Below, in pieces: positions 28,717-37,471 of a stretch of 64,000 bases of DNA. Where the stretch lies: contig CAXBMO010000003.1 of NCBI GenBank assembly GCA_963977015.1, positions 32,001 to 96,000 on the forward strand. The letters are read 5' to 3'. The notes below the pieces were generated by a model that had not been told where the DNA came from, made no database searches, and saw only the letters and a list, made by a program, of their open reading frames with translations. The DNA is from an uncultured bacterium. GTDB lineage: Bacteria; Verrucomicrobiota; Verrucomicrobiia; Verrucomicrobiales; DEV007. Numbering within the stretch: the stretch's first letter is position 1; every line of letters starts with the position of its first letter. The position numbers were made by a program, and so were the translations under genes.

Positions 28717-29502
28717 CTAGGCTACAGCCGCGATGGGCGCATGCCGATGGATGAATTCGTCGCAAAACGCCGAGTATCCTTTCGCTCCAGGTGAACTTGG
28801 AGCGTATTCAGAAATCGCCATTTGGTGACTGGGTGCTTCGCTCAACTTCACGTTCCGCGGAATCACCGTCTCGTAACACATTTCGGCGAGTCGACCTCGA
28901 ACCTGATTGATCACGTCCTCCGTCAATTTGGTTCGGCTGTCGGCCATGGTCATGACGACGCCTTCAATGTAGAGCCCGGGATTGGCGCCGGACTGCTTCA
29001 ATTCGTCGATCAACTCAATCATTTTGGCGAGACCTTCAATCGCGAAGTATTCACACTGTACCGGGATGAGGATTTCATCGACGGCGGCAAGGGCGCTGGT
29101 CATGTTGATTCCAAGGGACGGAGGGCAGTCGACCAGCATAAAATCGAAAGGCGCGACTGAGCGGTAGTTATGGAGAATGGTGCGGAGACGAACCAAATGG
29201 TCATCAGTTCGAGCCAGTTCCACTTCCACTCCGGCGAGGTCCATGCTGGACGGAATCAAGGAAAGATTCGGATAACGGGTAGGCTGTGGAAGATCCTGAA
29301 TGTCACAGCGACCAACCAGTGGATCGTAAATGCTTGGAAAATCGCCGGGTTCGAATCCGAAATTACTGGTCGCGTTAGCCTGTGGATCAATATCCAGAAC
29401 GCAGACGCGGTTGCCCGCTTTTGCCAGGTAAGCGCCCAAGTTCACGGACGTTGTGGTTTTTCCTACTCCTCCTTTTTGATTGGAAAGGGCAATAATTCTC
29501 AT
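28717..29502 (-). CDS. parA: ParA/Soj family ATPase
   Basis: NQKGGVGKTTT, DIDPQAN, DCPPSLG, PVQCEYFA and IPRNVKLSEAPS. Confidence 0.93.
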   Translation of the reverse strand: MRIIALSNQKGGVGKTTTSVNLGAYLAKAGNRVCVLDIDPQANATSNFGFEPGDFPSIYDPLVGRCDIQDLPQPTRYPNLSLIPSSMDLAGVEVELARTDDHLVRLRTILHNYRSVAPFDFMLVDCPPSLGINMTSALAAVDEILIPVQCEYFAIEGLAKMIELIDELKQSGANPGLYIEGVVMTMADSRTKLTEDVINQVRGRLAEMCYETVIPRNVKLSEAPSHQMAISEYAPSSPGAKGYSAFCDEFIHRHAPIAAVA

Positions 29503-29638
29503 TTTATCGACTCTTGAGGGATTTAATCCTAACATAGTCTCTAAAACAGAAATTATAACGAATCTAGCGATTTTTTGGAAATGTTAAAGAAAATCGCAAT
29601 TGGACGAAGTGGCGCCCCTCAGTTAGGGCTAGTGCTCT

Positions 29639-32623
29639 ATGGAACTGACTGAGAAATGGCTCAACAACGCCGCGGGATGGCAGGTTCTCAAGGAGGCGCG
29701 TGGTTTGTGGAAAGGTGGCGCCGTGATGGATGCGACCTACGAAGGGAAGTTGATGAAGGGAGTTGTGATGCGCGGCGGAAAACGCCAGGTCGCCGGATTT
29801 GTCATCAACAGCCGAACTGACCTGGACAATCTCTGTAAGTGCCCGACCGCAAGGCGTTACGGTCAGGTCTGCGCCCACTCCGTTGCCATTGCCCTGCAAA
29901 TCATCAACGGAGATGCGAATCCTGCGCCGAAAGCAAGCCAGGCATCCAAGGCGCCTTCTTCTCCGAAACCGGATAACGTCGCGAAACCGCGGGGAATCGG
30001 CGTGTTGCCGATTTTCAACAAGCGACTTGTCGAGATGTGGGGAAAGGGGCGGATCCCTTTAAAAATGGAACAAGGAGACGTGGAGCCGCCGGGTGTTTGG
30101 AGCTGGCTTGAAGCGGTTGGAGTGTCAACGCTGCCAGTGCATGCAGTTCTCAATCCAGCTCAGGCCAGCGAGTTTTTGGCCATTATGGAGGGGGCACCTG
30201 CAAAATTGGGCGAGGAAGATCTCACCGTAAGCGCGACGAGTGCCGCGCGTTTGAGGGTCGATCTTCGGCAAGTTGAAGACGATTTCGAACTCAGTCCGTT
30301 GCCGTGGATCAGCGAAGATCAGGTCCGCCTTGATGACTGGGTGTTTCTGGCCAATTCGACCACCATTCAGCCTCTCCGAAAACCACCAAGAGGGAGTGAA
30401 AAGTCCTATGCTGCGTTGCTCGAGGGAAGAACCGTTAGGCTAAGTGCGGGGGAATTGCTCGCAAACGTGGACGGATGGCACGATTGCCTCGAGTTCCGCA
30501 CCAAAGTTGGACGGGGGTTGGTCGTTCGGCCGGGTAATCCGACCTTCAAAATCAAGCTGGAGGGTTCCATGAATGCCCTGGCGGCGGTCGTGACAGTTCA
30601 CTACGGCGATCTGGAGTTTCGGTTGGGCAAAAGCCCGGAAGGTGCCGCGTTTCCGTATCGCGATGAAGACGGGGCATTTGTGGTTCGAAACGGCTTGGCG
30701 GAGCATCGGGCGTCCCTATTTCTGTCGGACGAGATGGAGTTTTCGAGTCCCGATAAGGGTGGCCAGTTTCAGATGCGTGGTGAGGCCAATATTTCGCGGT
30801 TTTATGCGACCGGTATCCCGAAGTTCGGAAGCCAATGGGAAGTCGAATTCGGAGAACGGTTTCAACACGTCACGAGAAACCTGGAAGTCATCCGCCCGCA
30901 GTTGGTTCAGCATGGAATCGACAATCAATGGCTGAGTTTCGCGATCGATTACAGTAGCGCAAGCGGTGCCGAGATTCCGCGGGAGGAGATTCAGCGATTG
31001 CTCAACAAGGGACAGAATCGGGTCCAGTTGGCGAATGGAAGAACTGCTGTGATCGACCTGGATGCCTGTGCCGAAGCGGCTGAGGTGATTTACGATGTTC
31101 ACGCGAATCAGGAGGGAGGGCAGTTTCGGGTTAAGGCGAACCAATCCGGTTATTTGGCCGCTGCGTTAGGGGCGAGTGATCTGGCGGACGCCGCAAAAGT
31201 GAACCTGAAGGAGCTGGGCGATTTGGAGCCCGTTTTGCGCGACTATCAAAAAGAAGGCGTGGAATGGATCATCCAGCGATTCAAGGGTGGAGCCAAGGCC
31301 TGTTTGCTCGCGGATGAAATGGGGCTTGGTAAAACGCTTCAGAGCCTGGCCGCGATTCAGTTGATCAAGGCCTCGGAGGAAGGTCAAATCCTGATCGTGT
31401 GTCCGACGTCGCTGCTCTCCAACTGGCAGATGGAGGCAGCGAAATTCGTTCCGAACCTGACCACCGAAATTCTTCACGGTCCGAAGCGTTGGAGCAATTC
31501 CAAGAAGATCGACAACGCGGATGTGCTGATCACCAGTTACGCACTTCTCGTTCGTGATACCGAAAAATACGCGGAACGCTCCTTTCTCCTCGCGGTTCTT
31601 GATGAAGCCAGTGCGATTAAGAATCCCGATACGAAAAATGCAAAAGCCTGCAGAAGTCTCGAAACGGCTCACCGGATCGCGTTGACCGGAACACCGGTCG
31701 AGAACACGGTTCGGGAACTGTGGTCGATCTTCCATTTCCTGGTTCCCGGATATTTGGGCAGTCGCGATGAGTTCAGGGAACGCTACGAGGCTCCCATTTC
31801 GGGCGGAGCTGCTGCAAGGCCGGTTTTGGAAAGGCTGCGTCATCGGATCAAGCCCCTGACCTTGCGTCGTTTGAAGCAAACGGTCGCGAAGGATCTTCCG
31901 CCCAAAATTGAGCAGGTCAGATTCTGCCAACTCGGTCCGGCCCAAGCTCAACTTTATGAGGCAATTCTCCGGGAAAGCCGTAAGAAGATTGACGATGCCC
32001 TTTCGCAAAACTCTGAGGGGCAGGCGCGGATGACGATGTTGACGGCTTTGTTGCGGCTGCGTCAGGTTTGCTGCGATCCCCGATTGTTGAATCTGGACGA
32101 TGCACCCAAGGTCGATTCCGCCAAGCTGGATCAGTTCTCAGAATTGGTGACGGAAGCGGTTGAGGGGGAACATAAGACACTCGTGTTTAGTCAGTTCACC
32201 TCGATGCTGAAAATTTTGCGGGAGAATCTGGAAGAGGCGGGGATCTCCTATAACTATCTTGACGGTAGTTCTTCTGATCGAGCGGAACAGGTTCAACAAT
32301 TTCAGCAACAACGTGACCGAAAGGTCTTTCTCATCAGCCTTAAAGCTGGTGGATACGGTCTCAACCTTACTGCTGCCGACACCGTCATCCACTATGACCC
32401 GTGGTGGAATCCCGCAGTTGAAGCCCAAGCGACGGACCGTGCTCACCGGATCGGGCAGACCAATCCGGTCAGCGCCTACAAGTTGATCACTACCGGGACG
32501 GTGGAGGAGCGCATCCTCACTCTCCAGCACCGCAAAAAGGCGGTGATTGATGCCGCGCTGGACGACGGCGAACCGCTCATGCGCGGCTTGTCTAACGATG
32601 AGATACGGGAAATGATTGGATGA
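29639..32623 (+). CDS. SNF2/SWI2 helicase with N-terminal SWIM zinc finger
   Basis: CKC...CAH SWIM motif; LADEMGLGKT, DEA, LTGTPVEN, FSQF and DPWWNPAVEAQATDRAHRIGQ. Confidence 0.95.
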   Translation: MELTEKWLNNAAGWQVLKEARGLWKGGAVMDATYEGKLMKGVVMRGGKRQVAGFVINSRTDLDNLCKCPTARRYGQVCAHSVAIALQIINGDANPAPKASQASKAPSSPKPDNVAKPRGIGVLPIFNKRLVEMWGKGRIPLKMEQGDVEPPGVWSWLEAVGVSTLPVHAVLNPAQASEFLAIMEGAPAKLGEEDLTVSATSAARLRVDLRQVEDDFELSPLPWISEDQVRLDDWVFLANSTTIQPLRKPPRGSEKSYAALLEGRTVRLSAGELLANVDGWHDCLEFRTKVGRGLVVRPGNPTFKIKLEGSMNALAAVVTVHYGDLEFRLGKSPEGAAFPYRDEDGAFVVRNGLAEHRASLFLSDEMEFSSPDKGGQFQMRGEANISRFYATGIPKFGSQWEVEFGERFQHVTRNLEVIRPQLVQHGIDNQWLSFAIDYSSASGAEIPREEIQRLLNKGQNRVQLANGRTAVIDLDACAEAAEVIYDVHANQEGGQFRVKANQSGYLAAALGASDLADAAKVNLKELGDLEPVLRDYQKEGVEWIIQRFKGGAKACLLADEMGLGKTLQSLAAIQLIKASEEGQILIVCPTSLLSNWQMEAAKFVPNLTTEILHGPKRWSNSKKIDNADVLITSYALLVRDTEKYAERSFLLAVLDEASAIKNPDTKNAKACRSLETAHRIALTGTPVENTVRELWSIFHFLVPGYLGSRDEFRERYEAPISGGAAARPVLERLRHRIKPLTLRRLKQTVAKDLPPKIEQVRFCQLGPAQAQLYEAILRESRKKIDDALSQNSEGQARMTMLTALLRLRQVCCDPRLLNLDDAPKVDSAKLDQFSELVTEAVEGEHKTLVFSQFTSMLKILRENLEEAGISYNYLDGSSSDRAEQVQQFQQQRDRKVFLISLKAGGYGLNLTAADTVIHYDPWWNPAVEAQATDRAHRIGQTNPVSAYKLITTGTVEERILTLQHRKKAVIDAALDDGEPLMRGLSNDEIREMIG

Positions 32624-32671
32624 TCCCGGGCAGGTGATGAACTGCGATGCCGGGAATCGAATCACTGGCCC

Positions 32672-32700
32672 TTGACACCATCCGGAAACGCAGCTACTAA
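32672..32700 (+). promoter_or_regulatory. Putative sigma70 promoter of rplI
   Basis: Perfect TTGACA, 17-nt spacer, imperfect -10 (TACTAA). Confidence 0.45.
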
Positions 32701-32739
32701 ACCCGCCCTTTTTAACCGAACAGGAATAGCTGTCCCATC

Positions 32740-33222
32740 ATGTCGAATACGAAAATCATCCTCCGCGAAAAAATCAAAGGACTCGGTGCCGAGGCCGATG
32801 TCGTTCAAGTTCGGCATGGCTATGCTCGAAACTTCCTGATTCCGCAAGGGAAAGCATTTGAGGCCACCAAGGGTAACCTTCGCCAGATCGAATCGTTGAA
32901 AGCGACTCGCGCCAAGCGTGAAGCTGAGGAGCTGAATGCGGCTGAGAAGCTGTCCAGCAAGATCAAGCGGACCAAGATCAACCTTGAACTCGCGACCGGC
33001 GAAACCGGTAAAGCTTTTGGATCGATCACGGTGATTGATCTGGTCAAAGCCATCGAGGAGCAGGCAGGCGAAACGATCGATCGTCACACCATCGAACTCG
33101 ACAAGCCAATCAAGACGACGGGAAGCTTCGATATCCCAGTCAAATTGCATCCTGACGTCAGTTTCCAGCTTCGCGTTAAAGTTGAGGCCAAAGGAGCGGC
33201 TGACGCCGAGGGCGAGGAGTAA
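32740..33222 (+). CDS. rplI: 50S ribosomal protein L9
   Basis: GYARNFLIPQGKA, FGSIT, PIKTTG and VKLHPDV. Confidence 0.97.
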   Translation: MSNTKIILREKIKGLGAEADVVQVRHGYARNFLIPQGKAFEATKGNLRQIESLKATRAKREAEELNAAEKLSSKIKRTKINLELATGETGKAFGSITVIDLVKAIEEQAGETIDRHTIELDKPIKTTGSFDIPVKLHPDVSFQLRVKVEAKGAADAEGEE

Positions 33223-33254
33223 GCGCTATTTCCGAGGCCCCGAGCCTCCAATCC

Positions 33255-34505
33255 ATGGACTTTCAGAGATCCCCTTTTGGCGAAAAACTCAGCCAACCGA
33301 GCGGGATCCTGGAATTGATGAACGATCTGGGCGAAGGCCTCACCACCAATCGTGACGCTATCATGATGGGAGGTGGGAACCCCGCCCAGATTCCGAAAGT
33401 TCAGGAGGTATGGCGTGAACAGGCCCGGCGCTTGGTTGACGACGCGAACGCCATTGGAAATGTTCTGGCGAACTACGACCCGCCGTCGGGGAATCCGGCA
33501 TTCTTGCAGAGTCTCGCCACGTTTTTGAAAAGCCATTGTGGTTGGCAGGTCACCGAAAAGAATCTCGCGGTGACGATGGGAGGACAAACCGGGCTTTTCT
33601 TTCTCCTGAATTTGTTCTCCGGCGGTGGAAGAAAGATTCTCCTTCCCTTGATGCCGGAGTACATCGGCTATTCCAATCAACTTGCTGACCCGGATGCCTT
33701 CGTAACCCATCCAGCCAAGTTGGAGCTGCGGGGGGATCATCGTTTCAAGTATCACGTTGACTTTGAGAGCCTGGAGATTGGCGATGATATCGGAGCGATT
33801 TGTGTCTCGAGGCCCACCAACCCCAGTGCGAACGTCTTGACTGACGACGAGATCCAGAGGTTGGCGGCTTTGGCGGAAGAGCACGGGATTCCCCTGATCA
33901 TCGACAACGCTTACGGTCATCCGTTCCCGGGGGTGATCTTCTCGGACGCGAAGCCGTTTTGGAACAGCCATGTCATCCAGACCTTGAGCTTGTCGAAGTT
34001 GGGCTTGCCCGGCACTCGAACCGGTATCGTGGTCGCGAATGAAGATATTGCGGGTCGAATTGCAGCGATGACAGCAGTCGCCGGCCTGGCGAACAACAAT
34101 TTTGGCCAGGCGCTGGTCAAGCCGCTCTTGGAAGGTGACCAGCTGATCAAACTCTGTGACGAAGTGATCCGCCCCTATTATGCGAAACGGTGCGAATTTG
34201 CCTCAGGGAAGCTCGATTCCGAGTTGTCTGGCGATATTCCCTACCGTCTTCACGAGACGGAAGGCGCATTTTTCCTGTGGCTCTGGCTGGAAGACTTGCC
34301 GATCACGAGCCGGGAGCTTTATCTGCGCCTAAAGGAACGGGGTGTCATAGTGGTTCCCGGTGAATACTTCTTCTACGACCTCAAGGAAGATTGGCAGCAC
34401 CAACGGCAATGCCTGAGGATTTCCTACACGCAACCGCATGACCGGGTTGAGAAAGGATTGGGCCTGATCGGTGATGAGATCAAGAAGGTTTACCAAGGGC
34501 TCTAA
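33255..34505 (+). CDS. avtA: Valine--pyruvate aminotransferase
   Basis: SGILELMNDL, GGGNPA, PEYIGY, VSRPTNPSANV, DNAYG and SLSKLGLPG. Confidence 0.92.
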   Translation: MDFQRSPFGEKLSQPSGILELMNDLGEGLTTNRDAIMMGGGNPAQIPKVQEVWREQARRLVDDANAIGNVLANYDPPSGNPAFLQSLATFLKSHCGWQVTEKNLAVTMGGQTGLFFLLNLFSGGGRKILLPLMPEYIGYSNQLADPDAFVTHPAKLELRGDHRFKYHVDFESLEIGDDIGAICVSRPTNPSANVLTDDEIQRLAALAEEHGIPLIIDNAYGHPFPGVIFSDAKPFWNSHVIQTLSLSKLGLPGTRTGIVVANEDIAGRIAAMTAVAGLANNNFGQALVKPLLEGDQLIKLCDEVIRPYYAKRCEFASGKLDSELSGDIPYRLHETEGAFFLWLWLEDLPITSRELYLRLKERGVIVVPGEYFFYDLKEDWQHQRQCLRISYTQPHDRVEKGLGLIGDEIKKVYQGL

Positions 34506-34520
34506 AACCCCTTTCGCCGC

Positions 34521-35039
34521 CTAAAACCCATCGGAAACCGCCGGCTCAATCCGAGGCTCCCCCGGTGACGAAAAAGTGGGAGCGTAGGGGCTGCCAGAGC
34601 TGACGGCGCGACCTTTTCCGCGGACAATCACCGCGTTGGGTTTGCCGTTCACCATATCAACCTGCATGGTCAGATCGAAGAATCGGGAAATCTCACCAAG
34701 GATCTCTCGACGGCTGATCGAAGGGGAGATGAGTTGAAAGACCGGAGTGTTCTCGGGCAAATTCACAAAATCGTAGCGAATGTCGGAAATAGGCTGCTGA
34801 TCAAAGACCATTTTGAGGGGCATGTTCTCGTAGCGAACCTTGAAGCGTTCGTCCATCCACTTCTCAAGTGGTTCGTAGCCGGTGTAGAGAAACGAGCCCG
34901 GTGTCACACCCGGTCCGTCGGTTGGGTTCTCTCCAACGGGAGACCCTCCTGGAGGCGGAGAAACCTTCGGACCATTCGCACAGCTCGATATTGCGAGAAT
35001 CGAAACAGCGAGAAGAAGAAGCTTTGAAAAGAATTTCAT
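34521..35039 (-). CDS. Lipoprotein, possibly with an STN/secretin-N0-like domain
   Basis: MKFFSKLLLLAVSILAISSC lipobox; beta-alpha-beta-beta-alpha pattern in the core. Confidence 0.65.
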   Translation of the reverse strand: MKFFSKLLLLAVSILAISSCANGPKVSPPPGGSPVGENPTDGPGVTPGSFLYTGYEPLEKWMDERFKVRYENMPLKMVFDQQPISDIRYDFVNLPENTPVFQLISPSISRREILGEISRFFDLTMQVDMVNGKPNAVIVRGKGRAVSSGSPYAPTFSSPGEPRIEPAVSDGF

Positions 35040-35167
35040 GCTGGATTTGACGGTAGTTAGTGTGGAAAGCACCAAACCTAAAGTCAATCGCCATTTCCCG
35101 ATAATTAACTGCCGCGAATCAGTGGTAGTCGTTCTTGAAAATCTAACAAATCGCCGTTTCGTCCGGG

Positions 35168-36034
35168 ATGCCAAACTCACCTGAACCGATAGGAAATTAC
35201 GTTGCGAAATGGGGCGAAGGCCCGGTGTGGTGGGAAGGGCGGTTGCTCTACGTCGATATCGAAGGCCACAACGTGATTCGGTTTGACCCGGAAACTGGTG
35301 CAGAAGAAGTCTGGGGCGTAGGAGAGCGCGTGGGAACGGTGGTTCCTCGTTCCAACGGGCAAATGGTCATTGCAGGAGACAATGGTTTTTCCTTTTTGGA
35401 TCCCTCAACAGGAACCAAGACACCGATTGCTGATCCTGAGCCCGACAAAAAGCCCCAAAACCGTTTCAACGATGGAAAGTGCGATCCCGCCGGGCGTTTT
35501 TGGGCCGGCACCTACAGCACGATTAAGAAAACTGGGGATTGCTGGCTTTATCGGTTGGAACACGACCTTTCGGTGAGCCCAACCTATGGACCAGTCACCA
35601 GTTCAAACGGACTTTGCTGGAGCAAGGCCGCCGATACGATGTATTACATTGATACGCCCAAGCGGGAGATCCTTGCCTTTGACTACGACAATGCCACGGG
35701 AAACATCACCAATTCGCGTGCTGTTGTTGATTCCAAGGCCCTGGGAATTGAGGGATCTCTGGATGGGATGGCGATTGATGTGAATGGCAATCTATGGGTA
35801 GCGGTTTGCCACGCGGGAATCGTGGTGTGTTTCGATCCGGAAACCGGGCGCGATTTGGAACGATACGAGTTTCCCTGCATCGAAACGACTGCGGTTGCGT
35901 TCGCGGGAGAGAATCTCTCGACCCTCATGGTAACCACCGGGATTAAACCTGGCCTTGAGGAACCCGCTGCGGGAGGCCTCTTCGCCCTCGACGTCGGGGT
36001 GAGTGGTTTGCCAAGCTGCGCCTTCCAAGGTTGA
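35168..36034 (+). CDS. SMP-30/gluconolactonase/LRE family protein
   Basis: GEGPVW, RFNDGKCDPAGRFWAG, SNGLCWS and DGMAID. Confidence 0.95.
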   Translation: MPNSPEPIGNYVAKWGEGPVWWEGRLLYVDIEGHNVIRFDPETGAEEVWGVGERVGTVVPRSNGQMVIAGDNGFSFLDPSTGTKTPIADPEPDKKPQNRFNDGKCDPAGRFWAGTYSTIKKTGDCWLYRLEHDLSVSPTYGPVTSSNGLCWSKAADTMYYIDTPKREILAFDYDNATGNITNSRAVVDSKALGIEGSLDGMAIDVNGNLWVAVCHAGIVVCFDPETGRDLERYEFPCIETTAVAFAGENLSTLMVTTGIKPGLEEPAAGGLFALDVGVSGLPSCAFQG

Positions 36035-36051
36035 TTCGATCGATCAAAGAT

Positions 36052-36369
36052 CTAATCCTTGGGCGCTTCGTGAATCCACCAATCCCACGCCTTTTTGCTC
36101 GATTTTCCGGCGCCTTGGAGCCCTTTTCCGGTGGCTTCCACCGCCCCAACTGCTGTGGCACCGACTTCGACAGCGCTGGAGGTTACGATTAAAGCCGGGA
36201 TGCCGACAATGTAGCCGTCATTGTCTTTGAATTCCTTGGCGTCGGCGGCCAACTGTGTGGTTGTCAGGCCAACATCGCTTGGCGTGCCAGACGTTGATGC
36301 AGTTTGGCAGCCTGCGAGCGCAAAGATTGCCAGAATTGGCAGAGTGAGAAGTGCGAGTTGCTTTTTCAT
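36052..36369 (-). CDS. Small hypothetical lipoprotein
   Basis: MKKQLALLTLPILAIFALAGC lipobox; Gly/Ala-rich amphipathic C-terminus. Confidence 0.7.
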   Translation of the reverse strand: MKKQLALLTLPILAIFALAGCQTASTSGTPSDVGLTTTQLAADAKEFKDNDGYIVGIPALIVTSSAVEVGATAVGAVEATGKGLQGAGKSSKKAWDWWIHEAPKD

Positions 36370-36547
36370 GAATCAGGAAGTCGCGATGATGGTGAGATAT
36401 GGTGCTCCTGTCAATCCCAGAAACGACCATAAACGGCTGCGCCACCGGTGCCGGTGCAGGTGAGCGAAGGTTTCGACCTGTAAGCTAGATTATTATCTTT
36501 AAAATCTGGTTGATGATAATATTTACAGGCGCTAAATTTCTTTTAAC

Positions 36548-37471
36548 ATGAAACACATCCTCAACTTTGCCTTAGTTGCGGTAATGGCCACTTGCGCCGC
36601 TATGGCACAAGAGCATGACCCGCGCACCTCATCGGAGACATCTGCTCTGGTCGAGAGAATCGTAACGGAACGACTGGCGAAACATGACCAGCGACTCAGT
36701 TCTCTCGAGAGTCGCACCGGTTATCTCGAAAGACTGTTCCATGGTCTCCCGGTAGACGGCACAGAATCAGTTGCCGATAAAACTTCAACCGGTAAGACGA
36801 GCGAGGTCGGCCCTAAGCCGGCCGCTCAGGCCAATACCCACGTCATTGCAAAAGGGGAGACCCTCAGCAGCATCGCAAGGCTCCACGGAGTTTCTGTCGT
36901 CGAATTGGCACAGATGAATGGGATCAGCATTTACGACACGATTTATATTGGCGATCCCTTGAAGGTTCCTGGAGAGGCACCGGCTTTCAAGGAAAGCCAG
37001 GCACGGAACGAACCGATTCCGGTGACCCATCAACAGACGACTGGAAATGGTTCCTTTCATCGGGTTGCGCCCGGAGATACGCTTTCGAGAATCGCTGCCT
37101 TGCACAAAAAGCAGATTGGTTATTTGATGAAGTTGAACGGGTTGAGCGATCCCGACCAGATCAAGATCGGGGAGCTGATCTATCTAACGGGTGAAGTTCG
37201 TGAAACCGAGCCGAAGAGCACAGGGGGAGGCCGCCCTGCGGGTCCGGTCGCGAAAACCCCGAGTCCTGCCGAAGAAGAGACGTATCACTACTACGACGTA
37301 GCGAATGGAGACACCCTTTCGACCATCGCAGAGACCTTCTTCACAACCGTTCAGGAATTGCGAAAGCTCAACGCCCTTCCTGAGAACGCTGCGATCCGGG
37401 TCGGGCAGCAATTGATTGTCCCCACCAAGGCCTATTTCGATTATCTTCGCGAAGAAGGCGTCATCGGCTAA
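36548..37471 (+). CDS. Secreted protein with three LysM domains
   Basis: Signal peptide; HVIAKGETLSSIA, HRVAPGDTLSRIA and YDVANGDTLSTIA; no catalytic domain seen. Confidence 0.92.
   Translation: MKHILNFALVAVMATCAAMAQEHDPRTSSETSALVERIVTERLAKHDQRLSSLESRTGYLERLFHGLPVDGTESVADKTSTGKTSEVGPKPAAQANTHVIAKGETLSSIARLHGVSVVELAQMNGISIYDTIYIGDPLKVPGEAPAFKESQARNEPIPVTHQQTTGNGSFHRVAPGDTLSRIAALHKKQIGYLMKLNGLSDPDQIKIGELIYLTGEVRETEPKSTGGGRPAGPVAKTPSPAEEETYHYYDVANGDTLSTIAETFFTTVQELRKLNALPENAAIRVGQQLIVPTKAYFDYLREEGVIG

Noticed and set aside
29639-32623. SNF2 helicase as part of an anti-phage system
   Set aside because: It has the SWIM-SNF2 architecture of the common chromosomal type, with no nuclease, methylase or other defence genes nearby.
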